This document shows, one piece after another, positions 13,867 to 25,847 of a stretch of DNA of 64,000 bases. Numbering within the stretch: position 1 is the first letter of the stretch; each line of letters opens with the position of its first letter. Position numbers and translations under genes: made by a program. Below the pieces are notes generated by a model. The model worked only from the letters and a program-made list of their open reading frames with translations, did no database searches and was not told the origin of the DNA. This DNA comes from Octopus vulgaris (Eukaryota), in assembly GCA_951406725.2 (NCBI GenBank), contig OX597822.1:110484001-110548000 (forward strand), given 5' to 3'.

Positions 13867-15447
13867 CTGCAGATATTGTATCTTCGTACATCACGTGACG
13901 TCTGATATTTATTCATAATCATTTTTTGACTGTGTATTTTGTATTATTCTAATCCGCATTCGCCCCGATATACGTTCTGTTCTGGATTAACGTTAAAAAA
14001 AAAACATAGATTATCAACCAAATGTTTCTACTTCAAATGATGATCTCATGAGATATCAGCTGTAATGTTATACAACTCTTCTCTTGCTGTTTCATACTTC
14101 ACATCAAGCATCATCAAGGTGAACTCTTTTTATTATCCCTCTATCACATGTTGATAGGCTCATCAAAATAAAGTTTTTTTGATAAAAAATACATTTCCAA
14201 ACAGGTAAAATTTGAATAACGAACGTTGTTTATTTTTCTTGCGGGAATCATTTACTAATCTCGTTTTAAGTTACTCTTTTAGTCTGCAGAGTACTTTACA
14301 AATATTCACCAAATAATTCGAGCAAGTCTTTCAAGTTAATTAAAGTTAATTTATTAATATAAAGGATTTGACAAAAACCAAATTAGGTTATCCCCACGGA
14401 TGGGAAATTAAAATACTGTGAGCTAAACTAAGCAAAGCATGCCGGCTTTGAATACACTTAATCAAATTTTGTTGTTTGATCATCGAGAATAAATCCACGG
14501 GAAAAAATAATGAAACCCTGAATCACTGATTCAGTTACGTTAGCTTGCTTTCATTAACATTTTGCAGTCACCGACCAATTTATTTTTAATTCTTTTCTTG
14601 TTGAAGTAGTCTTCCTTTAATGATATCAACAGTGTCCATTAATTGCACTTTGTTTGCAAGAATATGGTTTTTATAATATTTTTGATTTGTTGATACAAAG
14701 CTATTACTTTGCGATAATGGCGATATTGACTCGGCAAATCGGAACCGTAAAGTATAATTTAAATAGATTATAAAATATCAAACAATGCTTCAGCAGAAAA
14801 TTCAGCTCTCTTTATTTACTATTCAGATTTTCCTCGCGTTGATAAATGAAATTTAGTATAATACCTGTGAGGCAGGTATTACTGGACTCCTGAACACTTC
14901 GTTATATTCATAACGCCCTGACAAATGAATAAAAATCAACTGAAGGCCTGTGAGAATGTGTAAATGGTTTAAACTTTCAAAAACGTTTCCACCTGCGATA
15001 AACATATCACGTGTAGAGAGTCCTAAAATTACGAAGAAAATAGGAAAGAAACTATGAAAAATGTAATAAATACTGACTCGTTAATATCTGAAGCATTATA
15101 AACTATAGGTTCTTTATGGATAGGTTGCTTACCCATGCCTTCTACATGACAACATTTCGCACTGCACTGTACTCTTCACTCTAAAAGACATTGGAAACTT
15201 TTCTCGATTTACACTAATTCCTTAAATCTTGAGTTAATGAAACACCATTTGTTGATAACCCCTATTACCCTAATCGATAAAATTTACCTCTCTGTCTTAT
15301 GTATTACGGCCAGGTCACTCAAATGAATACTTTCTTAAAGACGTGTCTTTGATGTGTCTTTTAAAAACGCGTCTTTGACTATCCAGACAGTAGTTTGGCA
15401 CGCTTTCATCTCCTGTGCCTAACACTCTCCCAGTCGTTATAGTGATG

Positions 15448-15503
<56 letters not shown>

Positions 15504-15519
15504 AAAGAACATTGGTTAG

Positions 15520-16040
15520 TAATTATATATTTCAACTGGAAGTAATCCATAGATTTTAGATATGAAAAGGCATTTCAGTAAATAATGCTATACAGATATA
15601 TTGGACGTTTGTGTGGCTTCTCTTCAGAGAGAACTCTGGAAAATAATGGGAAGTTTTAAATATACAATAAAGTAGTTAATTTGCAATCGAATCACCGAAA
15701 GCTGATAAAAATGATGGGGGAATGACAGCGCTTCTTTACTATAATAGTTTTTCATTCTATTAATCTCACCGATTGTCGTGAAATCGTCAATTGACAAACA
15801 AAATTGCTTCGATTTTTCTACACTGCATTTCCCTGACAGTTCATGTGGCATTATACTTCTTGACAGTGACTCTTTTATAGCGTTTCTTCAGATAATCTAT
15901 AAAATTAAGCCACATTATTTTCCTTATTAAAATTTGAAGCGCGAAACATGATTGGCAGTCCTATAAAATAAATCGATATTATAAAATGAACACCTATTCC
16001 TGTAATACCTTTTAGTTTCTATGACGAAATGAGGTAATTT
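15520..16040 (-). mobile_element. Heavily degraded mariner-like remnant
   Basis: Minus-strand MPHELS resembles the mariner WVPHEL linker and is followed by a degenerate IxTGDE-like segment. The boundaries are approximate. Confidence 0.4.
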
Positions 16041-16918
16041 TGCAAATCTTTTCCCGAACCAACAACATCACCTTCAATTCTAATAACTATTTTCTTTTCA
16101 AAGAAATACTTTCGACTATTAAAGATTTACCTGGCTTAGTATTTCAGAAAATCACGTGAAAAGGGAATTTTCTTAACATTCGTTAACATTGACTACTCGT
16201 TAAATCTATTCATTATATGCAATATAAATTTAAATTAATCTATGAAGGTATAATAGTTAGCTTTAATAGAAAACTACGCCTTCATTTCCCATTTTTAATA
16301 TTTTATGCTATGCAGTCTGCGAAAAATCGAGTATAAAAGATAAAAGTATAAAAAATGTCACGTAGTCAGTTGAATCGATGGACACCGTTAAAGACTTCAT
16401 TATTCATCGATCAATAATAATTTATTTTGACATGGCATACGTTCAGTTATGCAAGGGCAACGACGAAGTCGAACTGAATCGATTTTAGAATATTACTAGA
16501 TTTTTTTTATTATTATCAACTACAGAATGGCGAACGATGACAAGATTTAAATTGGGAATCGAGAGAGGTTCACAATGGGATCTGTGATGCATGTAGTCTA
16601 GTTGGGTTTAACATTGAATCAGGAGAAAGTAATAATTATATCATAAATATTTAGGTTTCTGAATGATTATTTTTCACAAGAAATTAAGGCATATAAAACG
16701 TACAGAAAACATTCGATGAATTTTTTTTTTAATTGGAAAATGAAAACTTATTAAAATAACCCCTAGATACCCGTGAATATATCTCTGTAGTAGATGAGGA
16801 ATGTGATTTGTTGTTAATGTTTACTTCCAGACCAAACTTTAATGACGAAACCAATGATCAAAATCTTTCATCATGTTAATTATGCTGTGGTTTCCATGTT
16901 GGTATATATAGGACTAGT

Positions 16919-17150
16919 GAAGGCGCGTGACTTAGTGGTTATGGTATTCGGCTCACGATTACAAGGTCGTGAGTTCAAATCCCGGCATCGCGTTGTGTCC
17001 TTTAACAAGACACTTTATTTCAAGTTACTCCAGTCCACTAAGCTGGCAGTGACTAGTACCTGCTTGGAGACGGTAGTAGGTATCACTTGAGGGAGATTCA
17101 GCGGCTATTTCCAGTAGTTGTAGTGGTCAAATGCAGGAACCTCTTTTGGC
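16919..17150 (+). mobile_element. Older tRNA-derived SINE with a CORE-like segment
   Basis: A box GTGACTTAGTGG and B box GAGTTCAAATCC, followed by GTGTCCTTTAACAAGACACTTTA, which resembles the CORE-type GTGTCCTTGAGCAAGACACTT motif. Confidence 0.65.
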
Positions 17151-17527
17151 TTGTGTTTCGTTATATTTATTTAGTGATGATTATGGAAAACATATGAAGA
17201 ATTTTCTAGTCGTACTTGCTTGACAATTGGCTTCTAACATGTAAATATGTTAACACGATATTCTGATTCTATCTATAGACATAAATTGACGTCTACGTGA
17301 AAATCTGTAAGGATTCCCTCAGTAAAATGCGTATTTCTTGGTGTATTCAATACGGACAGGTATTGCATCAGCAATGTAGTTAGATCATTGCTTTCAGACT
17401 GAGAAAAATGTTGTTACTAAGTGAAAATTCACTTCTATCATGATATATTAGAGAAAAAATATTCACATTTTGAGATTTCAGAAATAATGAAAGAATACAA
17501 GAAAGTTCGCATGAATAGATTCGAAGT

Positions 17528-17904
17528 GGCGGAAGCACTCCGTCGGTTACGACCACGAGGGTTCTGTTTGATCCGAATCAACGGAACAGCCTGCTCGTGA
17601 AATTAACGTGTAAGTGGCTGAGCACTCCACAGACACGTGTACTCATAACGTAGTTCTCGAGGATATTCAGCGTGACACAGAGAGTGACAAGGCCGGCCCC
17701 TTTGAAATACAGGTACAACAGAAACAGGAAGTAATGAGTGAGAGAAAGTTGTGGTGAAAGAGTACAGCAGGGATCACCACCATCCCCTGCCGGAGCCTCG
17801 TGGAGCTTTTTAGGTGTTTTCGCTCAATAAACACTCACAACGCCCGGTCTGGGAAGCGAAACCGCGATTCCGCTGCCCTAACCACTGGGCCATTGCGCCT
17901 CCAC
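17528..17904 (-). mobile_element. SINE family A, tail variant A2
   Basis: Reverse complement of the family A head ends at 17904. TSD TA(G/A)ATTCGAAGT at 17516-17527 and 17905-17916. Confidence 0.9.
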
Positions 17905-18054
17905 TAAATTCGAAGTATTGAATAGTTGGTTTATATTCTCAGGAAAATCTGCGATTCCTACAGATATCACAACTTAGATTAACATAAACGACGATATGTA
18001 GGGACAGCTTGCAAATATTACACTAATATAGCGGGCATAGGAGATATTCAGGAA

Positions 18055-18154
18055 TTACTACTACTATAACTACTACTACTACTAGTACTACTACTACTAC
18101 TAATAATAATAATAATAATACCACTACTAATATTACTACTACTACTATTGTTAA

Positions 18155-18188
<34 letters not shown>

Positions 18189-18245
18189 GCTGCTGCTGCA
18201 ACTACTTCTGCTGCTGTTGCTGCCGCCGCCTCCTCCTCCGCTTCC
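18055..18245. repeat. Compound trinucleotide repeat (ACT)n/(AAT)n/(GCT)n/(GCC)n/(TCC)n
   Basis: Seen directly. Confidence 0.9.
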
Positions 18246-18500
18246 TTCTAGTTTGCATTAACTATAATACATTGACGCTTGTTTTGTGCTCCAGTGATAC
18301 GATTTTAATCAACGAACGAGATCGAAATTCTTTAGCGAATGAAAGGAGACGATGGAGCGTTATACTTTAATCAACCTTAACTATGGAACGAAGTCAAAGA
18401 AATAAATAATTTATCCCAAGGAAACACGTTCAAATGTTACGCGTCCAATAACCCAAACTATGGAAAGAAATCATTATCCTTCACATAATGGAACATTGTT

Positions 18501-19653
18501 ATGAAAAAGCATAAATATATGAATCCAAATAGAAGCAAAATAATAATAATAAATAAATAAAACGTGAAATTTCTACAGATCTTTTCCCGTAATAATGATT
18601 TCAAATATTAGCACAAGGCCTGCACTTTGGTAGGGAGGGTAAGTCGATTACAACAACCACAGTGCTCAGCTGGTGCTTATTTTATCGAACTCGAAAGGAT
18701 GAAAGAAAAAGTCGATCCGGCGACACTTGAACTCCAAACGTGAAGACGGACGAATTACCGTTAAGCATATAGTCCGGGGTGCTAGCGATTCTAGCTCGCC
18801 GCCTTAACTGATTGGAAGTGTTATCATGTACATTGTTTTGTCTTGGTATAAAAGATGGGCTATAGCAAATATTCTGCTCAATACTACAGATCTGCTTGTC
18901 AGTTGTTTGACATTCCCCAGTTGAGCATGTCCCTTAGTGGCTGATGATATGTGCATCTCTGATCACGAGCAGAAGTAGTGAGAGAGCATAATAGCCATAT
19001 GTTGAAAGGAAGTCTTTAGTGTTTGAAGAATTCTCCTCTGTAAACGTGGGTTGTTTCGTTCATCATCCTTAAAGAAACCTTATTCAGGAACCTTTTGAGC
19101 AGAATGGGCTACTTAACCTGAAGAAAATTCTCGCTGGGTCCCAACTGCAAGGTTAGGCTCTGTTTATCTTGATATAAGATTACCATGTCTCGCACATATG
19201 GTTTTGATGCATGTGCCTGGTGTACCTTTATCAGACGTGTAGTTATGATGGGTATACTGGGCTTCGTATATTTTACCCCAATGTCTCTTTCATGGCATGC
19301 ACTGCTCTCTGGTTAAATAATAATAATAATTATTATTATAATGTTATAATAATGAAGAAGCATCAATATATGAACCCAAATAGGAACAAACAAAAAAATA
19401 TACAATGCTATATTCCCACGGATCTTTACCCTTAATAATGGGTTCAAATATTGGTACAAGGCCTGCACTTTGGTGGGGCTTGTAAGTCGATTACATCGAC
19501 CCCAGAACTAGACTGGAACTTATTTACACGACCTCGAAAGGATGAAAGACCAAGTCTACCTCGGCGGAATTTGATTCCAGATCATAAAGACAGACGAAAT
19601 ACTGCTAAACATTTGTTCAGCGTGCTAACAATTCTGCAATATCGCAGCCTTAA
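18501..19653. repeat. About 300-bp diverged direct duplication (unique flank plus SINE-B2) bracketing a family D element
   Basis: 18501-18807 aligns with 19352-19653. Both begin ATGAA(A/G)AAGCAT(A/C)AATATATGAA and end GCCTTAA. Confidence 0.75.
18810..19330 (+). mobile_element. Family D: about 510-bp non-coding element with an (AAT)n tail
   Basis: Colinear with 21733-22218 and 22245-22752. No tRNA head and no ORF. Confidence 0.85.
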
Positions 19654-19720
19654 TTAATATTAAAATGAATACTCTATTAATAGAACTAACTTAATATAAA
19701 TTCTAAAAAAATTATAGTGT

Positions 19721-19959
19721 CCATTTTGGTACCAACCCCTAACATCTTCCCCGGTTCTATAATGCAAACTGCTTGTTCTTAAAGTGATCTGATTTTTAAA
19801 TATCCTTTAAAATTCCATGTCAATTTACGTTTCAAATATCACCTTAATTAGGACTAAATTCTTCATAACTTTGAAATTGTAAGAAATTCTTCATTGTTTT
19901 CAAATTAATTGAAGCGAAAGAAATATATTTCAGTAGAAATATAGTCACGAAAAGGTTAA
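19721..19959. mobile_element. Possible degenerate TTAA-ended MITE
   Basis: Right end GTCACGAAAAGG-TTAA is loosely complementary to the left end CCATTTTGGTAC. Confidence 0.3.
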
Positions 19960-20204
19960 TACTGAAAATAGTTTTATAATGGTAAAACAACTATAACAAA
20001 GCTTTCTTTCAATAGTGCAATATTGGAGTTCGATTTGAGAGGATATGTTGAAAACCCAATAGAACATAACTACTTAGTAATAACCGAAATTAGAAACATG
20101 TAAACATATAAACATTCACTTCTGTACGTAGAGATTAGAGGCACATACAATTCCCCATACAAATACACACGCACATACGCACACACACACACACACATAT
20201 ATAT

Positions 20205-20738
20205 GTGTGTGTGTGTGACATTCTATACATATATATGTATGTGTGTGTGCTTGTGTGTGTGTGTATGTGTGTGTGTTTGTTTGTTTGTGTGTGTGTGTGT
20301 GTTTTGTTTGTGCGTGTGTGTGTGTTTGTGTGTGTGTGTGTGAGTGTTTGTGTGTGTATGTGACATTCTATACATATATGTGTATGTGTGTGTGCTTGTG
20401 TGTGCTTGTGTGTGTGTGTGTTTGTGTGTGTGTTTGTGTGTGTGTGTGTGTTTGTGTGTTTGTGTGACATTCTATACATATATATGTATGTGTGTGTGCT
20501 TGTGTGTGTGTGTTTGTGTGTGCGTATGTGTGTGTGTTTGTGTGTGTGTGGCTGTTTGTGTGTGTGTGACATTCTATACATATATATATGTATGTGTGTG
20601 CGCTTGTGTGTGTGTGTTTGTGTGTGCGTATGTGTGTGTGTTTGCTTGTGTGTGTGGCTGTTTGTGTGTGTGTGTGACATGCTATACATATATATGTATG
20701 TGTGTGTGCTTGTGTATGTGTGTGTTTGTGTGTGCGTA

Positions 20739-20769
<31 letters not shown>

Positions 20770-20915
20770 GTGTTTGTGTGTGTGTTACATTCTATACATA
20801 TATATGTATGTGTGTGTGCTTGTGTGTGTGTGTGTGTGTTTATGTGTGTGTGTGTTTGTTTGTGTGTGTGTGTGTGTGTGAGTGTTTGTGTGTGTGTGTG
20901 TGTGACATTCTATAA
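20205..20915. repeat. Higher-order minisatellite built from a microsatellite
   Basis: The anchor ACATTCTATA, usually continuing CATATATATGTATG, recurs at 20218, 20363, 20467, 20569, 20677, 20787 and 20905, separated by variable TG/TTTG tracts. Confidence 0.9.
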
Positions 20916-21021
20916 AATACAATATAAAAGTCAAATAAATATATACTCGAAAAGAAGGATACAGCATTCCTAACGGCGAAAATAACAAAGCAAACATTTA
21001 GACATGAACAGACGTGATATT

Positions 21022-21139
21022 GCTTGCGGCAATGTCACGTTGAAAGCAGCGGTTCTCGTCCGATCACCGAAGTTATGCAACGTCGAGCCTAGTTGGTACT
21101 TAGATGGGTGACCGCTTGGGAAAACTAGGTGTTGTAAGC
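21022..21139 (+). pseudogene. Full-length 5S rRNA-derived sequence (solitary; retropseudogene or SINE head)
   Basis: GCTTGCGGCAATGTCACGTTGAAAGCAGCGGTTCTCGTCCGATCACCGAAGTTATGCAACGTCGAGCCTAG...GGGTGACCGCTTGGGAAAACTAGGTGTTGTAAGC follows the metazoan 5S pattern. Terminal GCTT/AAGC and internal CCTAG/CTAGG pairings are kept. There is no oligo-T terminator and it is not in a tandem array. Confidence 0.9.
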
Positions 21140-21334
21140 GTCACACATTGTTTCTAAACGGTGGTGCATCAGCATGGCCACAGCTCTGAGCTAAAAACTC
21201 TTAGCTGAAAAGAAAAAGACGATGAAAACATGCTGGAATCATAAATATAAAAGCTATCTGTACGAAGAAACAGCTAAAATATCACAATGTAGCCCTAGAA
21301 AAATTTTTTTAACAAAACCCAATTGAAATATTAA

Positions 21335-21470
21335 TGTTATAGGTACAAGGCTTGAAATTTTTAGATGTGGGCGGCGCTAGTCGATTAAACTGACCCTAAT
21401 ACATGACTGGTACTTATTTTATCGACCCTTAAAGGATAAAAGGCAAAGTGGACCTCGGTGGGGTGGTTTT
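21335..21470 (-). mobile_element. Partial SINE-B2
   Basis: Matches the B2 tail and body: AGGTACAAGGC...CTGGTACTTATTTTATCGACC...AAAGGCAAAGT. Confidence 0.7.
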
Positions 21471-21654
21471 AACTTAGAAATACCCTACAATTTAAATGTA
21501 TTGCAAAAGTCGGCATTACTTGGAACTGCACGCATATTGCGAAAAGTGCTGTCTGTCTGAGGTCCTTCTTGTGACTTGACAAACAGTACAAAGACCCGGT
21601 AGACACGATATCTTCAATCAACATTCTCACGATATTGTATACAGTGCTACGTCT

Positions 21655-21731
<77 letters not shown>
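21471..21731 (+). mobile_element. 3' end of an R4/Dong-like (RLE) non-LTR retrotransposon with a (TAA)n tail
   Basis: 21471-21560 encodes NLEIPYNLNVLQKSALLGTARILRKVLSV*, matching the QKxxLLGTxRILR C-terminal motif. It is followed by a ~100-bp 3' UTR and (TAA)n at 21656-21731. Confidence 0.8.
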
Positions 21732-21732
<1 letters not shown>

Positions 21733-22218
21733 GTCTTGGTATAAAAGATGGGCTACAGCAAATATTCTGCTCAATACCACAGATTTGCTTGTCAGTTGTT
21801 TGACCTTAACCAGTTGAGCATGTCCCTTAGTGGCTGACGATATGTGCATCTCTGATCACGAGCAGAAGTAGTGGGGGAGCATCATAGCCATGTGTTGAGA
21901 GGGATTCTTTGGGGTTTGAATAGTTCACCTCTGGAAACATGGGTGGTTCTTTCAACATCCTTAAACAACCCTTATTCAGGGACCGTTTGAGCGGGATGGG
22001 TTACTCGACCAGAAGAAAATTCTAACTGGGCCCCACCTTCAAGGTCATGTGCTGTTTATCTCGATATGAGATCACCATGTCGCGCACATATGGTTGTGAT
22101 GCATGTGCCTGGTGTACCTTTATCAGACGGGTAGTCATGATGGGTATATTGGGCTTCGTATATTTTACCCCAGTGTCACTTGATGGCATGAACTGCTCTC
22201 TCACTCAATAATAATAAT
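21733..22218 (+). mobile_element. Family D copy, slightly 5'-truncated, directly after (TAA)n
   Basis: Colinear with 18810-19330 and ends CACTC(AAT)n. Confidence 0.85.
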
Positions 22219-22244
22219 TATAGATGCACTACCAGGCATAGGAT

Positions 22245-22752
22245 ATTGGAAATGTTATCACGTACATGTTTTGTCTTGATATAAAAGACGGGCTACTCAA
22301 ATGTCCTGCTCAATACCACAGATTTACCTGTCAGTTGTTTGATCTTAACCACTTCAGTATGTCCACTGGCGACTCACGATATCTGATCACGAGCAGATGT
22401 AGTGGAAAAGCATCATAGCCATGTGTTGAGGGGTATTCTTTGGGGTTTGAATAATTCGGCTCTGAAAGCATTAATATTTCGTTGAACACCTTTAAACAAC
22501 CCTTATTCGTGAACCTTTCGAGCGGGATGTGCTACTCGACCTGAAAAAAGTTCTAACTGGGTCCCACTAGCAAGGTCAGGCGCTGTTTATCTTGATATGA
22601 AATCATCATCTCATGAATGAATGGTTGTGATGTATATGCCTGATGTACCTTTATCAGACGGGTAGTCGTGATGAGTATGCTGGGCTTCATATATTTTACT
22701 CAATTGTTACTTTGATGGTATACATTGCTCTCACACTTAATAATAATAATAA
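22245..22752 (+). mobile_element. Family D copy, more diverged, in tandem
   Basis: Starts ATTGGAAATGTTATCA, the same start point as the 18810 copy, and ends in (AAT)n. Confidence 0.8.
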
Positions 22753-22964
22753 TTTGAGATAGGCGCTTGGATGTGGAATGTCTCCCACAATAATTAACAA
22801 CTAAGTAATGTGCGTAAAGAGGCGCTGTGAGACCTCTAAAAGCAGGCTGCTGTTCGCTCTCACGGAAACTACCAGAGCCAACAAGACCGAGCGTTCTGAG
22901 AAGTAAAACAGCAACAACAACAACAGTAACAAGAACAACAAAAAAATAATAATAATAATGAAGT

Positions 22965-23670
22965 AATATAGAGTTAATTGAGAAAGAAAGCAAACGAATA
23001 GGCGCAGGAGTGGCTGTGCGGTAAGTAGCTTGTCTACCAAGCACATGGTTCCGGGTTCAGCCCCACTGCGTGGCACCTTGGGCAAGTGTCTTCTACTATA
23101 GCCTCGGGCCGACCAAAGCCTTGTGAGTGGATTTGGTAGACGGAAACTGAAAGAAGCCTGTCGTATACATATATATATATATATGTATGTGCGTGTGCGT
23201 CTGTGTTTGTCCCCTAGCATTGTGTCTGTGTTTGTCCGCGATGCTGGTGTGTTTATGTCCCCGTTACTTAGCGGTTCGAAAAAAGAGATCGATAGAATAA
23301 GTACTGGGCTTACAAAAGAATAAGTCCCGGGGTCGAGTTGCAGCATGGCCGCAGTCAAATGACTGAAACAAGTAAAAGAGTAAAAGAGAATAGTGCTAAT
23401 TGAGAAAGAAAGCAAGCGATGCTGGATCATAGATACAGCATGCCCAACTGGCAACAGGGAGTAAAAATCTCGAGGAGTACATGTAACAAATAAGGGCTGC
23501 AACAAGGGAGGAGCACTTCAAGAAAACAGCACTACTTGGAACCGTTCGAATTGTCGGAATGGTACTCGAAAAAATAAGGGGTGTTAGCTTAGATCACGGG
23601 TAGTGAACAACTGGCACCGTAGTACAGCTCCAGCGATAGAAGCTGTGCAAAGACAATAAATATTAATGAT
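22965..23670 (+). mobile_element. R4/Dong-like RLE fragment interrupted by SINE-C
   Basis: With the SINE removed, the sequence reads IVLIEKESKRCWIIDTACP (PD..D-type nuclease region) and later FKKTALLGTVRIVGMVLEK*. It is flanked by AAT repeats. Confidence 0.7.
22999..23389 (+). mobile_element. tRNA-derived SINE family C
   Basis: Head GGCGCAGGAGTGGCTGTGCGGTAAG, B box GGGTTCAGCCCC, CORE-like CCTTGGGCAAGTGTCTT, internal (TA)(TG) tract and GTAAAAGA tail. TSD core TAATTGAGAAAGAAAGCAA at 22975-22993 and 23397-23415. Confidence 0.9.
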
Positions 23671-23886
23671 AATCTTTTCTCCTATAGGTACAAGGCCTGA
23701 CATTTTGGTGGAGGAGACAAGTCGATTACAGCGACTCCAGTGCTCGGCCGGTACTTAATTTAGCGACCTCGAAAGAATGAAAGGCAAAGTCGACCTCGGC
23801 GGGATTTGAACTCAGAACGTAAAGACGGACGAAATATCACTAAGTATTTTGTCCGGCGTGCTAACGATTCTGACAGCTCACCGCCT
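23670..23886 (-). mobile_element. SINE-B2
   Basis: Family B head and body with the alternative tail CAGGCCTTGTACCTATAGG. Confidence 0.85.
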
Positions 23887-24034
23887 AAATAATAACAATG
23901 AGGAGGAGGAGGAGGATATGGTATGGTGGTATGGAGGATGATGTTCTTCGATGCCTGTAGACATGGCATATTAAGAGAAAGAGAGAAAGCGAGAGAGATA
24001 GAAAGAATTTAGCCTATTTATATTTTCCTTTCGC

Positions 24035-24256
24035 TTTACTCTTTTACTCTTTTACTCTTTTACTTGTTTCAGTCATTTGACTGCGGCCATGCTGGAGCAC
24101 CGCCTTTAGTCGAACAAATCGACCCCGGGACTTATTCTTTGTAAGCCCAATACTTATTCTATCGGTCTCTTTTAGCCGAACCGCTAAGTGACAGGGACGT
24201 AAACACACCAGCATCGGCTGTCAAGCAATGCTAGGGGGACAAACACAGACACACAA

Positions 24257-24318
<62 letters not shown>

Positions 24319-24474
24319 GACAGGCTTCTTTCAGTTTCCGTCTACCAAATCCACTCACAAGGCATTGGTCGGCCCGGGGCTATAGCAGAAGACACTTGCC
24401 CAAGGTGCCACGCAGTGGGACTGAACCCGGAACCATGAGGTTGGTTAGCAAGCTACTTACCACACAGCCACTCC
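24035..24474 (-). mobile_element. SINE family C
   Basis: Reverse complement of family C with a (TTTTACTC)n tail and an expanded internal (TA)n. Confidence 0.92.
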
Positions 24475-24703
24475 GGACAAATTTTGAAAATTACTATTTA
24501 TCACGTGACTCTCATGTAATATTTTGATCGAATCTTCCTAAAATAAAGTATAAATCTTTCCAATTTAAATTGTGGATTTATTATTGCTAATTTAGTTTGG
24601 TCAGTGCAATGCACGAGACTCACGGTCTTTGAGTCACTTGCGTAATTTTACAGCCGAATATATGAAAAAATGTTGGCAGCTGTATTTCTCTTCTTTGTTC
24701 TAC

Positions 24704-24747
<44 letters not shown>

Positions 24748-25847
24748 CTCAAACAATGTATTTCTTACGTTTATCTATATTGATATATGCATCTATATAG
24801 ACTGTAGAATGTCAGACTAAATTGCAATATTATCTTTTACGCTCAGGCGTAGATAAAACAAGACTAACCCAGAGGATTATTTTCATCGACTATTCGTTTA
24901 TAGCATGCAAATTGAACCGAAGCAAGAAACCAGATATAAACGTTATCGTCTCTGCATGTTAAATATTTTATATCTGCAATATAATTAATTTATTACCTAT
25001 AGTAGGCGACAGAACCTTAAGATATGCTAAAAAGTCAGTCATAAATAACTACGTTATATTAATTTTCAGTTGCATAGTAAAAGATGTGTACATATAAAGC
25101 TTTTTTCAAAGCAAATTTGCAATTTTTTGATAAAGTCAACAAATTACCTGGCCATAAATTGTTTCCCGGTTTATCGAAACAGTGACAACATGTCTGCTTT
25201 CAAAGGATATTCTGCATGTTAAAACAAAAGTCGATATTCTCAGAAAGATCACAGCTAAAAGTTCAATTACGTATTTATGACCGGCAATTTATCTTTTTTC
25301 ACTGAATATCCACATGAAATAACCAAGTGTTATTGCTATCTGATTTGAAAAAGTCCAGATTGATGCAATGGCGACTTCATGAAACAGAAATGTTTTTTTT
25401 TTCTTCTAAACTAAAATACATGAAACAAAACAGACAGGATAATACTAAGTGGTGTTGACCAGAAAATGGTAACCAAAGCTCAATGCAGCTTCTTCGATTT
25501 TGAATGTTACTATGGGAAAAGACAACTGACTTGGAAGGGTGAGGTGGAGAATATATCTATTGAATTTTCAAGTATGAAAGTTAAAGCCTAATGTTATGAT
25601 CCAGATATACAGTAGTAGAGACTGCTCTTCTAAGCTGAATGCCTTTTCACAATTTTATTGATGTTAAATGGTGTAAATCTTTCGATTCGACAAAGTATAA
25701 AAATAAACCTAAAATAATTCAAATACAAACGAAGAAAGAATTTAAATTTAAACTGAATGAATCTAAAGACTGAATGGTATTTATAATCTGACAAAAAGCA
25801 GTTTAATCGCGATGTGACACAATACACATTTTACTGCTAACATGATA

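Noticed and set aside
18055-18245. Homopolymeric amino-acid coding tract
   Set aside because: No flanking ORF or splice context; it is an ordinary compound microsatellite.
20205-20915. CRISPR-like repeat-spacer appearance
   Set aside because: The spacers are low-complexity, related to each other and uneven in length. The context is eukaryotic and there are no cas genes.
20135-20997. Long ORFs (up to 209 aa) rich in C/V or H/T
   Set aside because: They are translations of TG/CA repeats that lack stop codons. The same applies to the ORFs at 46836-47573, 49578-50255, 50998-51450 and 54557-54951.
21022-21139. Functional 5S rRNA gene
   Set aside because: It is solitary, lacks an oligo-T terminator, has substitutions relative to the usual 5S pattern and is followed by a retroposon tail.
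22801-23505. 234-aa minus-strand ORF
   Set aside because: It is an antisense read through SINE-C and simple repeats, with no domain.
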